Origin: Bdellovibrio sp.
GTDB taxonomy: Bacteria > Bdellovibrionota > Bdellovibrionia > Bdellovibrionales > Bdellovibrionaceae
Direction of reading: 5' to 3'
Length of the DNA stretch: 64,000 nt
Assembly (NCBI GenBank): GCA_036677065.1
Contig: JAKFBS010000003.1
Span: forward strand, 256,001-320,000
The translations under genes were made by a program, and so were the position numbers. This document shows positions 40,801-49,780 of this stretch, piece after piece. The notes beneath the pieces were generated by a model that was given only the letters and a program-made list of their open reading frames with translations, had not been told where the DNA came from and did no database searches. Numbering within the stretch: position 1 is the first letter of the stretch; each line of letters opens with the position of its first letter.

Positions 40801-40956
40801 GCTGCCGTTGAGCGTGGTCGTGATTTAGATGTGTATAATGATGCTTATAAACACGCGCTAGCACAAGCCGCTGCTAAAGATTCTAAAAATGTTTACAGTG
40901 GTTCAGAGATTTCTTCAGAATCCCGTTTAATCCAGTGGGTGGGGGATAACAAATAA
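37816..40956 (+). CDS. gltD: Large TPR protein, GltD/AgmU-like
   Basis: 1046 aa, signal peptide, many TPRs, LRLAELY and APVPAGL motifs; position in the cluster. Confidence 0.8.
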   Translation: MKKTIQWLIFFTALIGILVAKAEIAHAQPKKSKKMTVGELLSKVRDDSRGGKIQTMQKNDTTLPETQFAFKQQPQTNLSSVKPPRSTEILKFEPGDDQAEYEKTLDRQIQELYKLTKKFENSPNRGELWLRLAELYVEKSTLVDSRKQDNYDAQLRNFQEGKTKTKPRLDTKESQQYNRRAIQLYEWFLRDYPNDEKVSQALFFLGYNYFELNDAAKGASYYDQLTRRYPNSPFVGEAHFALGEYYFENEKWADAYKEYSKLIKQKRHRLHSFSLYKGGWCLFRLGRTEEAIKYLDFIIKLDENSSRKKAVRRSKLENEALRDIVMFFSDIADTKRAVNYFKNLNLPDSNAYIEKLAYYYADKGGKDASRDVFRYLISEDPTSKKAFEYQYQIVQNYFYSKNSPQFKEELYNWINNFKKDSNWAERNKNDQAFLEKSYQLREQTLRNYILQQHQTAQNSRASYSRQLALDGYQLYFQEFSDSTQVADMHFFYAELLYDMNKFEEAATHYTWVAENAPKSKYGAKSAQNLLLSIEKALPKDEELAKRKGDSIEPIPFDPRVEKFLKSAQWYTEKFPNSEKLAEIKFRMGRLYYQSNHFNEAEVLFKEIVAKYPKTKFSEYSANLLLDIYNLKKDFVGLEKMGAELLQNESISSSKTGSDIRNVLERASFKKGQDLETDKKYLESAEQYQAFAIQNPKSELVSMALFNSGVNFERSGKNYEAIQNYKKTLATKDKNSTAVKPKAQKLLAKLYQDAGQFEESAKLFKQAANDNPKDPLTPNYLFNAAVMYEALGSNKEAISTYNEFLKVNKSNKENLETLYNLAELMRKSGSPGWQSKYREYAESAPNSAKRVAAYYYVGKNEENEAIAVYNKLKQSERSDAAKYIAKIKLRNAGEMYNELVGLKIPADPKKQKTIVDKKLGLVTKLGEVLTETIKLDSADEIVSSLDLLGATNEHIGTAIVNAPVPAGLNDDQKKQYAAGIQKIADPFLKKADDSYKAAVERGRDLDVYNDAYKHALAQAAAKDSKNVYSGSEISSESRLIQWVGDNK

Positions 40957-41810
40957 TGAAATTAGTAAAATTACTTCCAACACTAGTTCTAGCATTTATG
41001 GTGGGCTGTGCTTCATCAGAAAAATCGTCGAACAATTCTGATAGTGAAGTGACTGATGCGGCTTCAAACAAAGTAAGCCCTTCGCAAAGTGACCTGAACA
41101 CAAGCATTAAGAAAAATGGTGTGAACGGTGAGGTTGGTGGTGCCACAGCTTCAGAGCGTCTGACAGAGGCCGTACGCTTGCAAAATGATGAAGGCATCTC
41201 GCAAGCCACAACCGAGATTTTAACGCAAAATCCGAAAGATTTACGCGCTTTGAATGCATTGGCGATGGTGTATTACAAACGCGGTCGTTTTGAGGCGGCA
41301 GAATATTTATTAAATAAAGCAATGGCTGTCGATAATGATCGCGCTGAACTTTACAGTAACATGGGTTTGATCCGCATGGCTCAGGGTGAAAAGCGCGAAG
41401 CGATCAAGGCTTTTCGCAAAGGTTTAGAAATCAACAATCAAGATGCAGTGATCGGCGCAAACTTAGGTTCAATTTACGTGAAAGATAAAGATTATTCTAA
41501 AGCTGAATTAGCTCTGGAAATTCCAATTCGTAAAGGAACTAAAGATGTTAAGACTTTAAATAACTATGCCATTGCATTAACAGGCACAGGAAAACATGAC
41601 AAAGCTTTAGGAATTTATGAAAAGCTGATGAAGGATAATCCAGGTCAGCGCGATATTATGTTAAACTATTCAATCTTGTTGATTGAACATAAACAAAAAT
41701 ACCGCGAAGGAGTTGATATTCTTAACAGACTAAAGTTTGTAGGCGCGCCTCCTGAGGCTAGGAATCTAATAAAAGATTTGGAATCAAAGGCAAAAGCTGG
41801 TTTAAAATAG
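40956..41810 (+). CDS. gltE: TPR lipoprotein, GltE/AglT-like
   Basis: Lipobox VGC, TPRs, follows gltD. Confidence 0.75.
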   Translation: MKLVKLLPTLVLAFMVGCASSEKSSNNSDSEVTDAASNKVSPSQSDLNTSIKKNGVNGEVGGATASERLTEAVRLQNDEGISQATTEILTQNPKDLRALNALAMVYYKRGRFEAAEYLLNKAMAVDNDRAELYSNMGLIRMAQGEKREAIKAFRKGLEINNQDAVIGANLGSIYVKDKDYSKAELALEIPIRKGTKDVKTLNNYAIALTGTGKHDKALGIYEKLMKDNPGQRDIMLNYSILLIEHKQKYREGVDILNRLKFVGAPPEARNLIKDLESKAKAGLK

Positions 41811-41811
41811 T

Positions 41812-42102
41812 ATGACGAGGTCGTTTATGTTCCGATCACATATTGCGTTAATTTTAGGTTTAGCAACTTTATTAGTTGCGAATGTGTCTTTGGCACAGAA
41901 TTACAAATTGCGCGCAGGGCAAAAACAAACCCTGAATTTCGAAGACGAATTAGTAGAAGGTTCGGCGTCGAAGCCAGAATTATTTTACCTATTTCAAAAG
42001 AAAAATTTCAATTACACGCGTTTAATTAAACTAAGAGAAAACTTTTTACCCGAAATGAGAAAAACATCTGAAGACATCCAGCGACTTCGGGGGGGACGTT
42101 GA
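41812..42102 (+). CDS. gltF: Small secreted GltF-like protein
   Basis: LNFEDELVEG...KPE...LIKLRENFLPEM motif. Confidence 0.75.
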   Translation: MTRSFMFRSHIALILGLATLLVANVSLAQNYKLRAGQKQTLNFEDELVEGSASKPELFYLFQKKNFNYTRLIKLRENFLPEMRKTSEDIQRLRGGR

Positions 42103-44111
42103 AATCTCCGATTATATTTAGAGTATTCAAGAACAATCAAATTCATTTCGTAAAACAATTTATCGATAAAGATCAAATTGTTTTCGGAAGCAGCCTGGAT
42201 TCTGGCGCTGAAGTTGATGTCGATTTAGAATCAAAAGAAGTGTCTGCTATTCACTGCCTAGTGGAAAAACGCGGAACACAGTACCACCTATGTGATTTAG
42301 GCTCATCGCAAGGTACATATAAAAATGGACAAGTGGTTTTAGATGAACCACTTAACACCAACGATGAGTTTCAAGTTGGTCCGTTTAAAATTGTATTCTT
42401 TGTTGGTGTGCCAAAACCAGTGCATAACCAAGAAAGCTCAGAACTTGTGGTAGCAGCGGCGAATACTAAGCCCAGCGAACCACCAGTTAAGGCTCCTCCG
42501 GTTGCGCCTTCTGCAGCGGCAGCAACATCGTTGGCAAAACCTACGATCAATGCGGCGTTTGTAGGAACTCGTGCGGTGAAAAACCAATCGTTAGCACGAA
42601 CTAAAAAATCTAAAAATCAAAAAACCTTTGCTCCGAACAGTGAACATCAGAATTTAAATGAATTCATCAAACCGGGTCAGGGAAGTTTAGTGCAAGTGAT
42701 CGTTTCGTGGAAAGAGCGTGTGTTATCAACACATCATTTCGAGCCACGTGGTCATTATAAATCAGGCCCAGAACAAGCGATTCAGTTACCAGCGGGTGCT
42801 GCACCTAAAGACTGGGTGTTGTTAGATTGCACAACGGGCGTAACAGTTCGTTTAGCAAATGACATGAAAGCTGAAGTTCACCGTGCTGAAGACATCATGG
42901 TGTTATCTGAAAGCAATTATAAATTACAACAAAATGAAGTTCTTTTTGTTACACTGCCAAATGGAATGCATTTAGCAATTCGTTTCGCGCCGAAAACAAA
43001 AGTGGTTCCGCTAGATTCACCGTTAATTTTAACATCAAGTGAATTTACCGGAATTTTAGCTGCGACTATTTTTGCCGTGTTATTAAGTTTAATCATGTCA
43101 GTGCTTGCACCAAAAACTATGGATGAAGAAGACGAAGTTGAACGTGTGGCGCAGGTTATTTTTACTAAACCACCAGTGCCGGTGAATCCTCCGGTTGTGG
43201 TAACACCGCCAGTAGTTCCACCGCCTACACAAGTTCCTCCTCCGAAACCACCAGAGCCACCGAAAAAAGTGACGATGATGGATAAGGCGCAAGAGATTAA
43301 AACTAAAGGTGATCCGAATAAGCCTGAGCAACAAGCGCAAGCTTCGAAATCAGCAGGTCGCGCAAGTGAAGTGAAGCCAAAAGATCCGAAAAACAAAACC
43401 AAAATGTTTACCTCAACTAAACAAGGTGGCGCAGTTAAGACAGGTCCGAAAGCTGGAGCTAATGCCCAGTCAAAAGAACCAGATCCAACAAACACTGGTC
43501 TTCTATCAGCGTTCGGATCAGGTGGGGCACGTTCACAGTTAGATAAAGCTTATTCAGGTTCTGGCGAAGCTTTAGGAGCCGGTGAAAAAGCAACGGGGGC
43601 TTCTGGTTTTAATGAAACTCGTGCAGGAAATGATTTAGGTTCTAAATTTAAAGACACAGGCGCAGGCGGTAAAGGCACTGCGACTCAAGGTATCGCGGGC
43701 GTGGGCACAAAAGGTGGTTCAGGTTACGGTACTGGTGTTGGCGGATCTGGATTTGGTAACAAAGATTCAGTTGCGGTTACACCGGGTGGGGCAGAAGAAG
43801 AATTTATCGGATCAATCGATAAAGATGCCGTTCGCCGTGTTGTTAGATCAGCTTTACAAAGTTTTAAAGCGTGTTTCAATCGTGAATTTTCAAAAGATAA
43901 AACGCTTGAAGGTAAAGTGATGATCTTCTGGGAAATTCATGAAAAAGGCGTGGCAAAAAATGCACGCGTGGTTAAAGAAAAATCAACGTTAAATAATTCA
44001 GCGGTCGCAGAATGTGTGCGCGCCAGATTATTAACATTAAGATTTCCTGAACCACCAGCAGGGGCAGCAGCAGAAATTTATTACCCCTTCTACTTTCAGG
44101 GCGAAAAGTAA
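42099..44111 (+). CDS. gltG: FHA-TM-Pro-rich-TonB_C protein, GltG/PglI-like
   Basis: N-terminal FHA (VSAIHC, DLGSSQGT), TM, Pro/Gly-rich linker, AgmX/PglI-type C-domain (ACF...CV...FPEP...YPF). Confidence 0.85.
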   Translation: MKSPIIFRVFKNNQIHFVKQFIDKDQIVFGSSLDSGAEVDVDLESKEVSAIHCLVEKRGTQYHLCDLGSSQGTYKNGQVVLDEPLNTNDEFQVGPFKIVFFVGVPKPVHNQESSELVVAAANTKPSEPPVKAPPVAPSAAAATSLAKPTINAAFVGTRAVKNQSLARTKKSKNQKTFAPNSEHQNLNEFIKPGQGSLVQVIVSWKERVLSTHHFEPRGHYKSGPEQAIQLPAGAAPKDWVLLDCTTGVTVRLANDMKAEVHRAEDIMVLSESNYKLQQNEVLFVTLPNGMHLAIRFAPKTKVVPLDSPLILTSSEFTGILAATIFAVLLSLIMSVLAPKTMDEEDEVERVAQVIFTKPPVPVNPPVVVTPPVVPPPTQVPPPKPPEPPKKVTMMDKAQEIKTKGDPNKPEQQAQASKSAGRASEVKPKDPKNKTKMFTSTKQGGAVKTGPKAGANAQSKEPDPTNTGLLSAFGSGGARSQLDKAYSGSGEALGAGEKATGASGFNETRAGNDLGSKFKDTGAGGKGTATQGIAGVGTKGGSGYGTGVGGSGFGNKDSVAVTPGGAEEEFIGSIDKDAVRRVVRSALQSFKACFNREFSKDKTLEGKVMIFWEIHEKGVAKNARVVKEKSTLNNSAVAECVRARLLTLRFPEPPAGAAAEIYYPFYFQGEK

Positions 44112-44151
44112 TTTAAGTTAAGAAATAAAATAAGATCCGAGGAGGAAACAA

Positions 44152-44832
44152 GTGGAACCAACAGCAGCAGTAGCAGTAGCAACAGTAGATAACGTAAATC
44201 CGATCGTTCGAGCATTCGTCGAAGGCGGAAGCGTCATGTACATCATCGCGTTCATCGCGGTATTAACAGCGATTTTAGTTGTCGAAAGATTCATGACACT
44301 TAAATCATTACGCGTAGACAAAAAAGAATTTTCTGATCAAGTTTTTCGTATGATTATCGGTGGCGATATCAGACAAGCTATTTCATTTTGTGATTCACGC
44401 CCGACTCCATTATCAAACACGGTTAAAGCTGGTTTAGTTGGCGCTTTAAATAAACGCCCGGATGAAGAAATTCAAGTAGCCATGGATGCAGCGGTTCTTC
44501 GCGAAATGCCAAGACTTGAAGGCTGGACATCTTTCTTAGCGGTATTTGGTAATATCGCGGTATTAGCGGGTCTATTAGGAACAATCTTAGGTATGATCGG
44601 TTCATTCCGTGCGGTATCTTCAGCAGATCCTGCAACGAAAGCCACGTTATTATCTCAAGGTATTTCACATGCCTTAAACTGTACTGGTTTTGGTTTAACA
44701 GTTTCAATCGTAGCTATCGTTGCTTACGGATTGTTTCAACATATGATTCAAAAATCTGAAAACGAAATGATCGAGACTAGCATGTCATTATTAAATTTAG
44801 TGTCTGCAAATCGCGATAAAATGAAAGACTAA
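44152..44832 (+). CDS. aglR: MotA/TolQ/ExbB proton channel, AglR-like
   Basis: GLLGTILGMI, GISHALNCTGFGL. Confidence 0.85.
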   Translation: MEPTAAVAVATVDNVNPIVRAFVEGGSVMYIIAFIAVLTAILVVERFMTLKSLRVDKKEFSDQVFRMIIGGDIRQAISFCDSRPTPLSNTVKAGLVGALNKRPDEEIQVAMDAAVLREMPRLEGWTSFLAVFGNIAVLAGLLGTILGMIGSFRAVSSADPATKATLLSQGISHALNCTGFGLTVSIVAIVAYGLFQHMIQKSENEMIETSMSLLNLVSANRDKMKD

Positions 44833-44864
44833 TTAGAAAAAATAGATAGCTCTGAGGTAAACGT

Positions 44865-45335
44865 ATGGCTCATATAGAATCCGGTGGACGGGGACGTAGC
44901 ACAAATTTTGAATTAAATCTAGTTCCAGTCATCGACTTGATGTCGGTGTTGATCACCTTTCTATTGATCTCTGCAGTCTGGACACAGGTTTCAATGATTC
45001 AGCTAGGTGCTTCGTTCGCATCACCAAAAGATCCAAATCAAGAAGTGATTACTCCTCCACCTCTTGAAGACTTAGTTTTACGTCTGGATATTAAAGCAAC
45101 TGGATACGTATTGTATGTCGGTAAAGATATACGTGCGATCCCGATGTTAAACGGTGAATATGATAAAGAAGCCTTAGCAGCTGATTTAGATAAAATTAAA
45201 CAAATGTATCCGGATAAAGGTGGCATTAAAATGGCCATCGAAAATGAAATTAAATATGAACATGTAGTGAGCGCAATGGATTTAGGCTTACGTGCAGGAT
45301 TTTCTCCTGAATTATTAACCGGAGGACCGAACTAA
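44865..45335 (+). CDS. ExbD/TolR-family stator subunit (AglQ-like)
   Basis: LNLVPVIDLMSVLITFLL with the conserved TM Asp. Confidence 0.85.
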   Translation: MAHIESGGRGRSTNFELNLVPVIDLMSVLITFLLISAVWTQVSMIQLGASFASPKDPNQEVITPPPLEDLVLRLDIKATGYVLYVGKDIRAIPMLNGEYDKEALAADLDKIKQMYPDKGGIKMAIENEIKYEHVVSAMDLGLRAGFSPELLTGGPN

Positions 45336-45943
45336 TGGCAATTCAAAAGCCCGGTGAAAGACATCGCTACCACAGACTTTTAAAACGCCGCGGCGGAAAA
45401 CGTGCAGTCACTGCAATGCTTTCATTAACAGCGATGGTTGATATGTTTACCGTGTTAGTTATTTTCTTATTACAAAATTATAACACGACGGGCGAAATTC
45501 TTTATATTCCAAAAGAAGTTACTCTTCCTAAAGCGGCGCGTGTAAATGAATTAAAACCTGCTGTGGTTGTAACGGTTTCTGCAAAAGAAGTATTGATCGA
45601 TCGCACACAAGTGGCTACATTTGCAGAAGTGCAGGCGTCAGTTGACTGGGTGATACCAAACTTACGTGATCAGGTTCGGGTTTTGCTAGAAAAAGCAAAA
45701 ACAGAACAAGATGCTAAATTGCAGAATAAAATCCGTAATGTGGTGGATAAAACTGTCGGTAATGAGGAAGTTGATCCCAATGCGTGGAGAAGAGTCACAT
45801 TACAAGCGGATAAAGATATGGATTATTTAACTTTGAAAAAAGTAATGTATTCGATCTACGAGGCCGGTGGTGGTCCAATTAACTTTGCAGTAGCAAAAGA
45901 AGCAGAAAATAAAAATGCTACTCAGGAAGTTAAAACTCAATAA
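45335..45943 (+). CDS. ExbD/TolR-family stator subunit (AglS-like)
   Basis: LTAMVDMFTVLVIFLL, LQADKDMDY. Confidence 0.85.
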   Translation: MAIQKPGERHRYHRLLKRRGGKRAVTAMLSLTAMVDMFTVLVIFLLQNYNTTGEILYIPKEVTLPKAARVNELKPAVVVTVSAKEVLIDRTQVATFAEVQASVDWVIPNLRDQVRVLLEKAKTEQDAKLQNKIRNVVDKTVGNEEVDPNAWRRVTLQADKDMDYLTLKKVMYSIYEAGGGPINFAVAKEAENKNATQEVKTQ

Positions 45944-46943
45944 AATTTCTATATTCCTATCTGTCGTCATAGGCCTGATTTTTATTCAGGCTTTATTAAT
46001 GGCGCCGCAAGATATTTCGCCGTCAGAAACGACGGCAAATTCTAAAGCGATCTCAAAAGCCACTTCAGCAACAGCTACAACCAAAGCAGATATCGAAAAA
46101 TTAGCCGACAAAGGCAAACGCAAAGCCGTCGAACAAAAAATGGTTGGCGTGCACCTTGTTGAAAACTCAGATAATGCCAAAGGATGGGAGCTTTACGCTG
46201 ATGAAGCGACAGGTTCCAGCGAAGAGCTATGGGTTTTAAAAAAAGTAAAAGTCGAATTCTTTAACGAAAACGAATCAAGTTTCGTGGTCTCGGGCGACAT
46301 TGGTGAAATCAATGGCCAAACAAAGAATATGGTTATTCGCGGTCAAGTTGTTACGCAAAGTTCGAATGGTTACCAGTTTGAAACTAATGATTTACATTAT
46401 ATTGCCGAACAAAAGATTCTGACCAGTGATAGCGCCGTTCGCATGCTTGGCCCTGACGATAAAAATGGTGTAGGTTTTAAATTAAATGGCCAGGGTTTTA
46501 AAATCGATCTGGTAAAGAATAAAATGTATATCGAATCAAATATCGAAGCCAGCAAAGCCATGGACAATAAAACTTTTCGTGTCAATTCGAACGCGGCCGA
46601 GTTTTCGAATAAAAATCAAGAGGCCTTGTTTTCAGGCAGCGTGAATATGAAATTCGATACAACCACGATCACAGCACCGCAGGCTTTCTTTCGTTATTCA
46701 GAAAAACAAAAAACTTTAGAATCCATTTTACTTAAAGATCAGGTGGTTCTTAAAGACGAAGGTAAAAGCGCTGTGTGTCAGCAGCTTTTAATGAATTTGC
46801 TTGAAGACACAATGACCTTAAGTGGTCGTCCAAAGGTCCAGATGGGCGAGGATGAAATTCAAGGTGAAGAAATCGTCTTCCTAGAAGGCGGAAAAAAAGT
46901 TAAGATGAATAAGGTCAAAATTGATTCTAAGAAAGTGCAATAA
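45915..46943 (+). CDS. lptC: LptC-LptA fusion-like LPS transport protein
   Basis: TM anchor plus two beta-jellyroll-like halves (WELYADEA..., LSGRPKVQMGEDEIQGEEI); directly upstream of lptB. Confidence 0.8.
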   Translation: MLLRKLKLNKISIFLSVVIGLIFIQALLMAPQDISPSETTANSKAISKATSATATTKADIEKLADKGKRKAVEQKMVGVHLVENSDNAKGWELYADEATGSSEELWVLKKVKVEFFNENESSFVVSGDIGEINGQTKNMVIRGQVVTQSSNGYQFETNDLHYIAEQKILTSDSAVRMLGPDDKNGVGFKLNGQGFKIDLVKNKMYIESNIEASKAMDNKTFRVNSNAAEFSNKNQEALFSGSVNMKFDTTTITAPQAFFRYSEKQKTLESILLKDQVVLKDEGKSAVCQQLLMNLLEDTMTLSGRPKVQMGEDEIQGEEIVFLEGGKKVKMNKVKIDSKKVQ

Positions 46944-46949
46944 ACTAAA

Positions 46950-47687
46950 ATGGCAGAAAACGCACCAAGCACGTTATCGATTAAAAATATTTCGAAGAAA
47001 TATGGTCAACGTTTAGTCGTTAAAGATGTTTCGTTTGAAGTGCACTCGGGTCAGGTCGTTGGCCTACTTGGTCCAAACGGCGCAGGTAAAACGACTTCTT
47101 TCTATATGGTGGTAGGCCTTGTTAAATCAGATTCTGGTTCGATCACTTTAAATGCTTTAGAAATCTCAGATTATCCAATGTATAAACGGGCCCGCGCCGG
47201 TTTAAGTTACTTAGCGCAAGAACCAAGTATTTTTCGCCGTATGAGTGTTGAAGATAACATCCTGGTGGCCTTAGAAGCCCATGGCTATGATCCTCAGGAG
47301 CGCCGCGAAAAACTTGAGAGTCTTTTGCAGGATTTTCGAGTCAACCATATTCGTGAATCTTTTGGTTACGCTTTGTCGGGTGGAGAGCGCCGCAGAGTGG
47401 AAATTGCCCGGGCATTAGCTGGGTCGCCGCATTTTCTATTGTTAGATGAGCCTTTCGCAGGTATTGATCCTATAGCTGTTGGGGAAATTCAAAATATCAT
47501 TCGAGATCTTAAGGCCAAAGGTATAGGAGTTCTGATCACTGATCATAACGTTCGTGAGACTTTGGGCATTTGCGATTATGCTTATATCTTGAAGGATGGA
47601 ATCATCCAAGTTAGCGGTAACTCTGAAGAAATCGCCACTTCAGAAATTGCACGTAAGTTTTATTTGGGCGAGAACTTCAAACTGTAA
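46950..47687 (+). CDS. lptB: LPS export ABC ATPase
   Basis: [42 protein letters not shown]. Confidence 0.98.
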   Translation: MAENAPSTLSIKNISKKYGQRLVVKDVSFEVHSGQVVGLLGPNGAGKTTSFYMVVGLVKSDSGSITLNALEISDYPMYKRARAGLSYLAQEPSIFRRMSVEDNILVALEAHGYDPQERREKLESLLQDFRVNHIRESFGYALSGGERRRVEIARALAGSPHFLLLDEPFAGIDPIAVGEIQNIIRDLKAKGIGVLITDHNVRETLGICDYAYILKDGIIQVSGNSEEIATSEIARKFYLGENFKL

Positions 47688-47698
47688 GGTGTGTTGAG

Positions 47699-49150
47699 AT
47701 GGCAATGAAGCAAACGATGAATCTAAGTCAGGGCTTGGTAATTACGCCACAGCTACAACAGGCGATTAAGTTGCTTCAAATGTCGCGTTTAGAACTTGAA
47801 TCACAAGTTCGTAATGAATTAGAAGAAAATCCAATTTTAGAAGAAGCCGAAGTTTTAAAAGAAGAAGACTTTGAGCGTACGAAAGAAGCCGCCGCACAAG
47901 TTGAAGGCGGAGCTGATACCAACACAGAAGCACAGACTCAAGAAGCGCAAGATCCACAAAAACAAGATGAGTTCGAGTGGGAAAATTATTTAGAAATCCA
48001 ACATAAAATGCCGCGTGAAGCTAGTTCTGGTTCTGAAGAGATCATGAATTACGAAAACATAATCTCAACAACACAAACGTTGCATGACCACTTATACTGG
48101 CAAGCAAAAATGGCCGGCTTTTCTGAAGATGAAGAGCGTGCCGCCGATGCGATTATCGCCTACATCGATGATGATGGTTATATCAAAACTCCCTTAAGCC
48201 AAATTTCTGAAGAAGAACAAATCCCGTTAGCCGATTTAGAAGACACGATTGTGCAAATTCATGAATTTGACCCTGCTGGAGTTGGTGCCCGTGATTTAAA
48301 AGAATGTTTACTTGTGCAAGCCAGACACATCGAAGAAGACACGACTGATCTTGTAACGTTGATTAATAATCACTTAAAAGATTTAGAAAAAAAGAATTAC
48401 GATGCGATCGCCAAAGCTTTACAAAAGCCGATGGAAGAAATCATCGATATGTGTAAAATCATTTACGCTATGGATCCTAAACCGGGGCGTGCGTACGCAG
48501 GCAATGACACTCACTACGTAACACCAGATGTTTACGTCTACAAAGTGGGCGATGATTTTTCGGTTTCATTAAACGAAGATGGTTTACCTAAGTTAAGAAT
48601 CTCAAATTATTACCGTAATATGTTAAAAGGCGGCTCTACGCCAACTGGTGATGCCAAAGCTGCTGACTTTATTTCGGATAAATTAAAATCGGCAGTTTGG
48701 TTGATTAAATCAATTCACCAACGTCAAAGAACAATTTTTAAAGTGTCTGATTCAATCGTTAAGCACCAACGCGAATTCTTTGAAAAAGGAACAGCGTTTT
48801 TAAAACCAATGATCTTGCGTGATATCGCAGCTGATATTGGTATGCATGAATCAACAGTTTCACGCGTAACAACAGCTAAATACATGCACACGCCGCAAGG
48901 AATCTTTGAACTTAAATACTTCTTTAACTCAGGGATTGCGTCGACAGATGGTGATGCATTAGCTTCAGAAGCGGTTAAATTAAAAATCAAAGAGTTAGTG
49001 GCTAAAGAAGATCCTAAAAAGCCATTATCTGATCAAAAACTGGTAGATTTGCTTAAAAAAGATGGCGTTGATATCGCCCGCCGCACGGTCGCCAAATACC
49101 GCGAGGTTTTAAGAATCCTACCGTCATCTCAACGTAAAAAAATGTTCTAA
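47699..49150 (+). CDS. rpoN: RNA polymerase sigma-54
   Basis: TPQLQQAIKLLQ, HESTVSR and the RpoN box ARRTVAKYRE. Confidence 0.99.
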   Translation: MAMKQTMNLSQGLVITPQLQQAIKLLQMSRLELESQVRNELEENPILEEAEVLKEEDFERTKEAAAQVEGGADTNTEAQTQEAQDPQKQDEFEWENYLEIQHKMPREASSGSEEIMNYENIISTTQTLHDHLYWQAKMAGFSEDEERAADAIIAYIDDDGYIKTPLSQISEEEQIPLADLEDTIVQIHEFDPAGVGARDLKECLLVQARHIEEDTTDLVTLINNHLKDLEKKNYDAIAKALQKPMEEIIDMCKIIYAMDPKPGRAYAGNDTHYVTPDVYVYKVGDDFSVSLNEDGLPKLRISNYYRNMLKGGSTPTGDAKAADFISDKLKSAVWLIKSIHQRQRTIFKVSDSIVKHQREFFEKGTAFLKPMILRDIAADIGMHESTVSRVTTAKYMHTPQGIFELKYFFNSGIASTDGDALASEAVKLKIKELVAKEDPKKPLSDQKLVDLLKKDGVDIARRTVAKYREVLRILPSSQRKKMF

Positions 49151-49189
49151 TTGTTTGCTCCATGCCCTGAAATCGGATAGTTTTCGGGC

Positions 49190-49696
49190 ATGAAATCTTA
49201 TCAAAAATTAATTCGTGATGTAGCTGATTTTCCAATTTCTGGCGTAATGTTTCGTGATGTAACTCCATTGTTGCAAGACGCTCAGGCTTTCAGAACTGTA
49301 ACTGAAGATTTCGGCAGTTTAATTAATTTAGATGAAGTTGATGTTTTCGTAGGTATCGAATCGCGCGGATTTATTTTTGCGGCAGCCTTAGCAGCACATT
49401 TCGATAAAGGTTTCTTACCACTTCGTAAAGCCGGTAAATTACCACCACCAACAATCAAAGAATCTTACAAACTTGAATACGGTGAAGCGACCTTAGAAAT
49501 CGCACCAACGCTTAAGCCACTTCGCGCAGTGATCGTAGATGACGTATTAGCAACTGGTGGAACATTAAAAGCTTCAACAAGCCTTTGCGAAAAAGCTGGC
49601 TACAAAGTTACTGATATTTTAGTTTTGATTAATTTAACGTTCTTGAATGAAATGAAATTCAAAAACGAACCGATTAAGTCTTTAATTCAGTACTAA
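49190..49696 (+). CDS. apt: Adenine phosphoribosyltransferase
   Basis: GIESRGF, RKAGKLP, LEYG, IVDDVLATGGT. Confidence 0.97.
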   Translation: MKSYQKLIRDVADFPISGVMFRDVTPLLQDAQAFRTVTEDFGSLINLDEVDVFVGIESRGFIFAAALAAHFDKGFLPLRKAGKLPPPTIKESYKLEYGEATLEIAPTLKPLRAVIVDDVLATGGTLKASTSLCEKAGYKVTDILVLINLTFLNEMKFKNEPIKSLIQY

Positions 49697-49780
49697 AATG
49701 TAATCTGTTTTTTTTGCGCTCTGCATTTCAGCTAGCAGGTGCTAGCTAAAACCCCGAGCGTCGGAAATTAAGCAATTATT

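Noticed and set aside
42917..43495. 192-aa minus-strand ORF
   Set aside because: Antisense to the Pro-rich linker of gltG; low-complexity shadow.
34659..45943. Gliding cluster as a novel system
   Set aside because: Matches the established Glt/Agl architecture of myxobacteria and Bdellovibrio.
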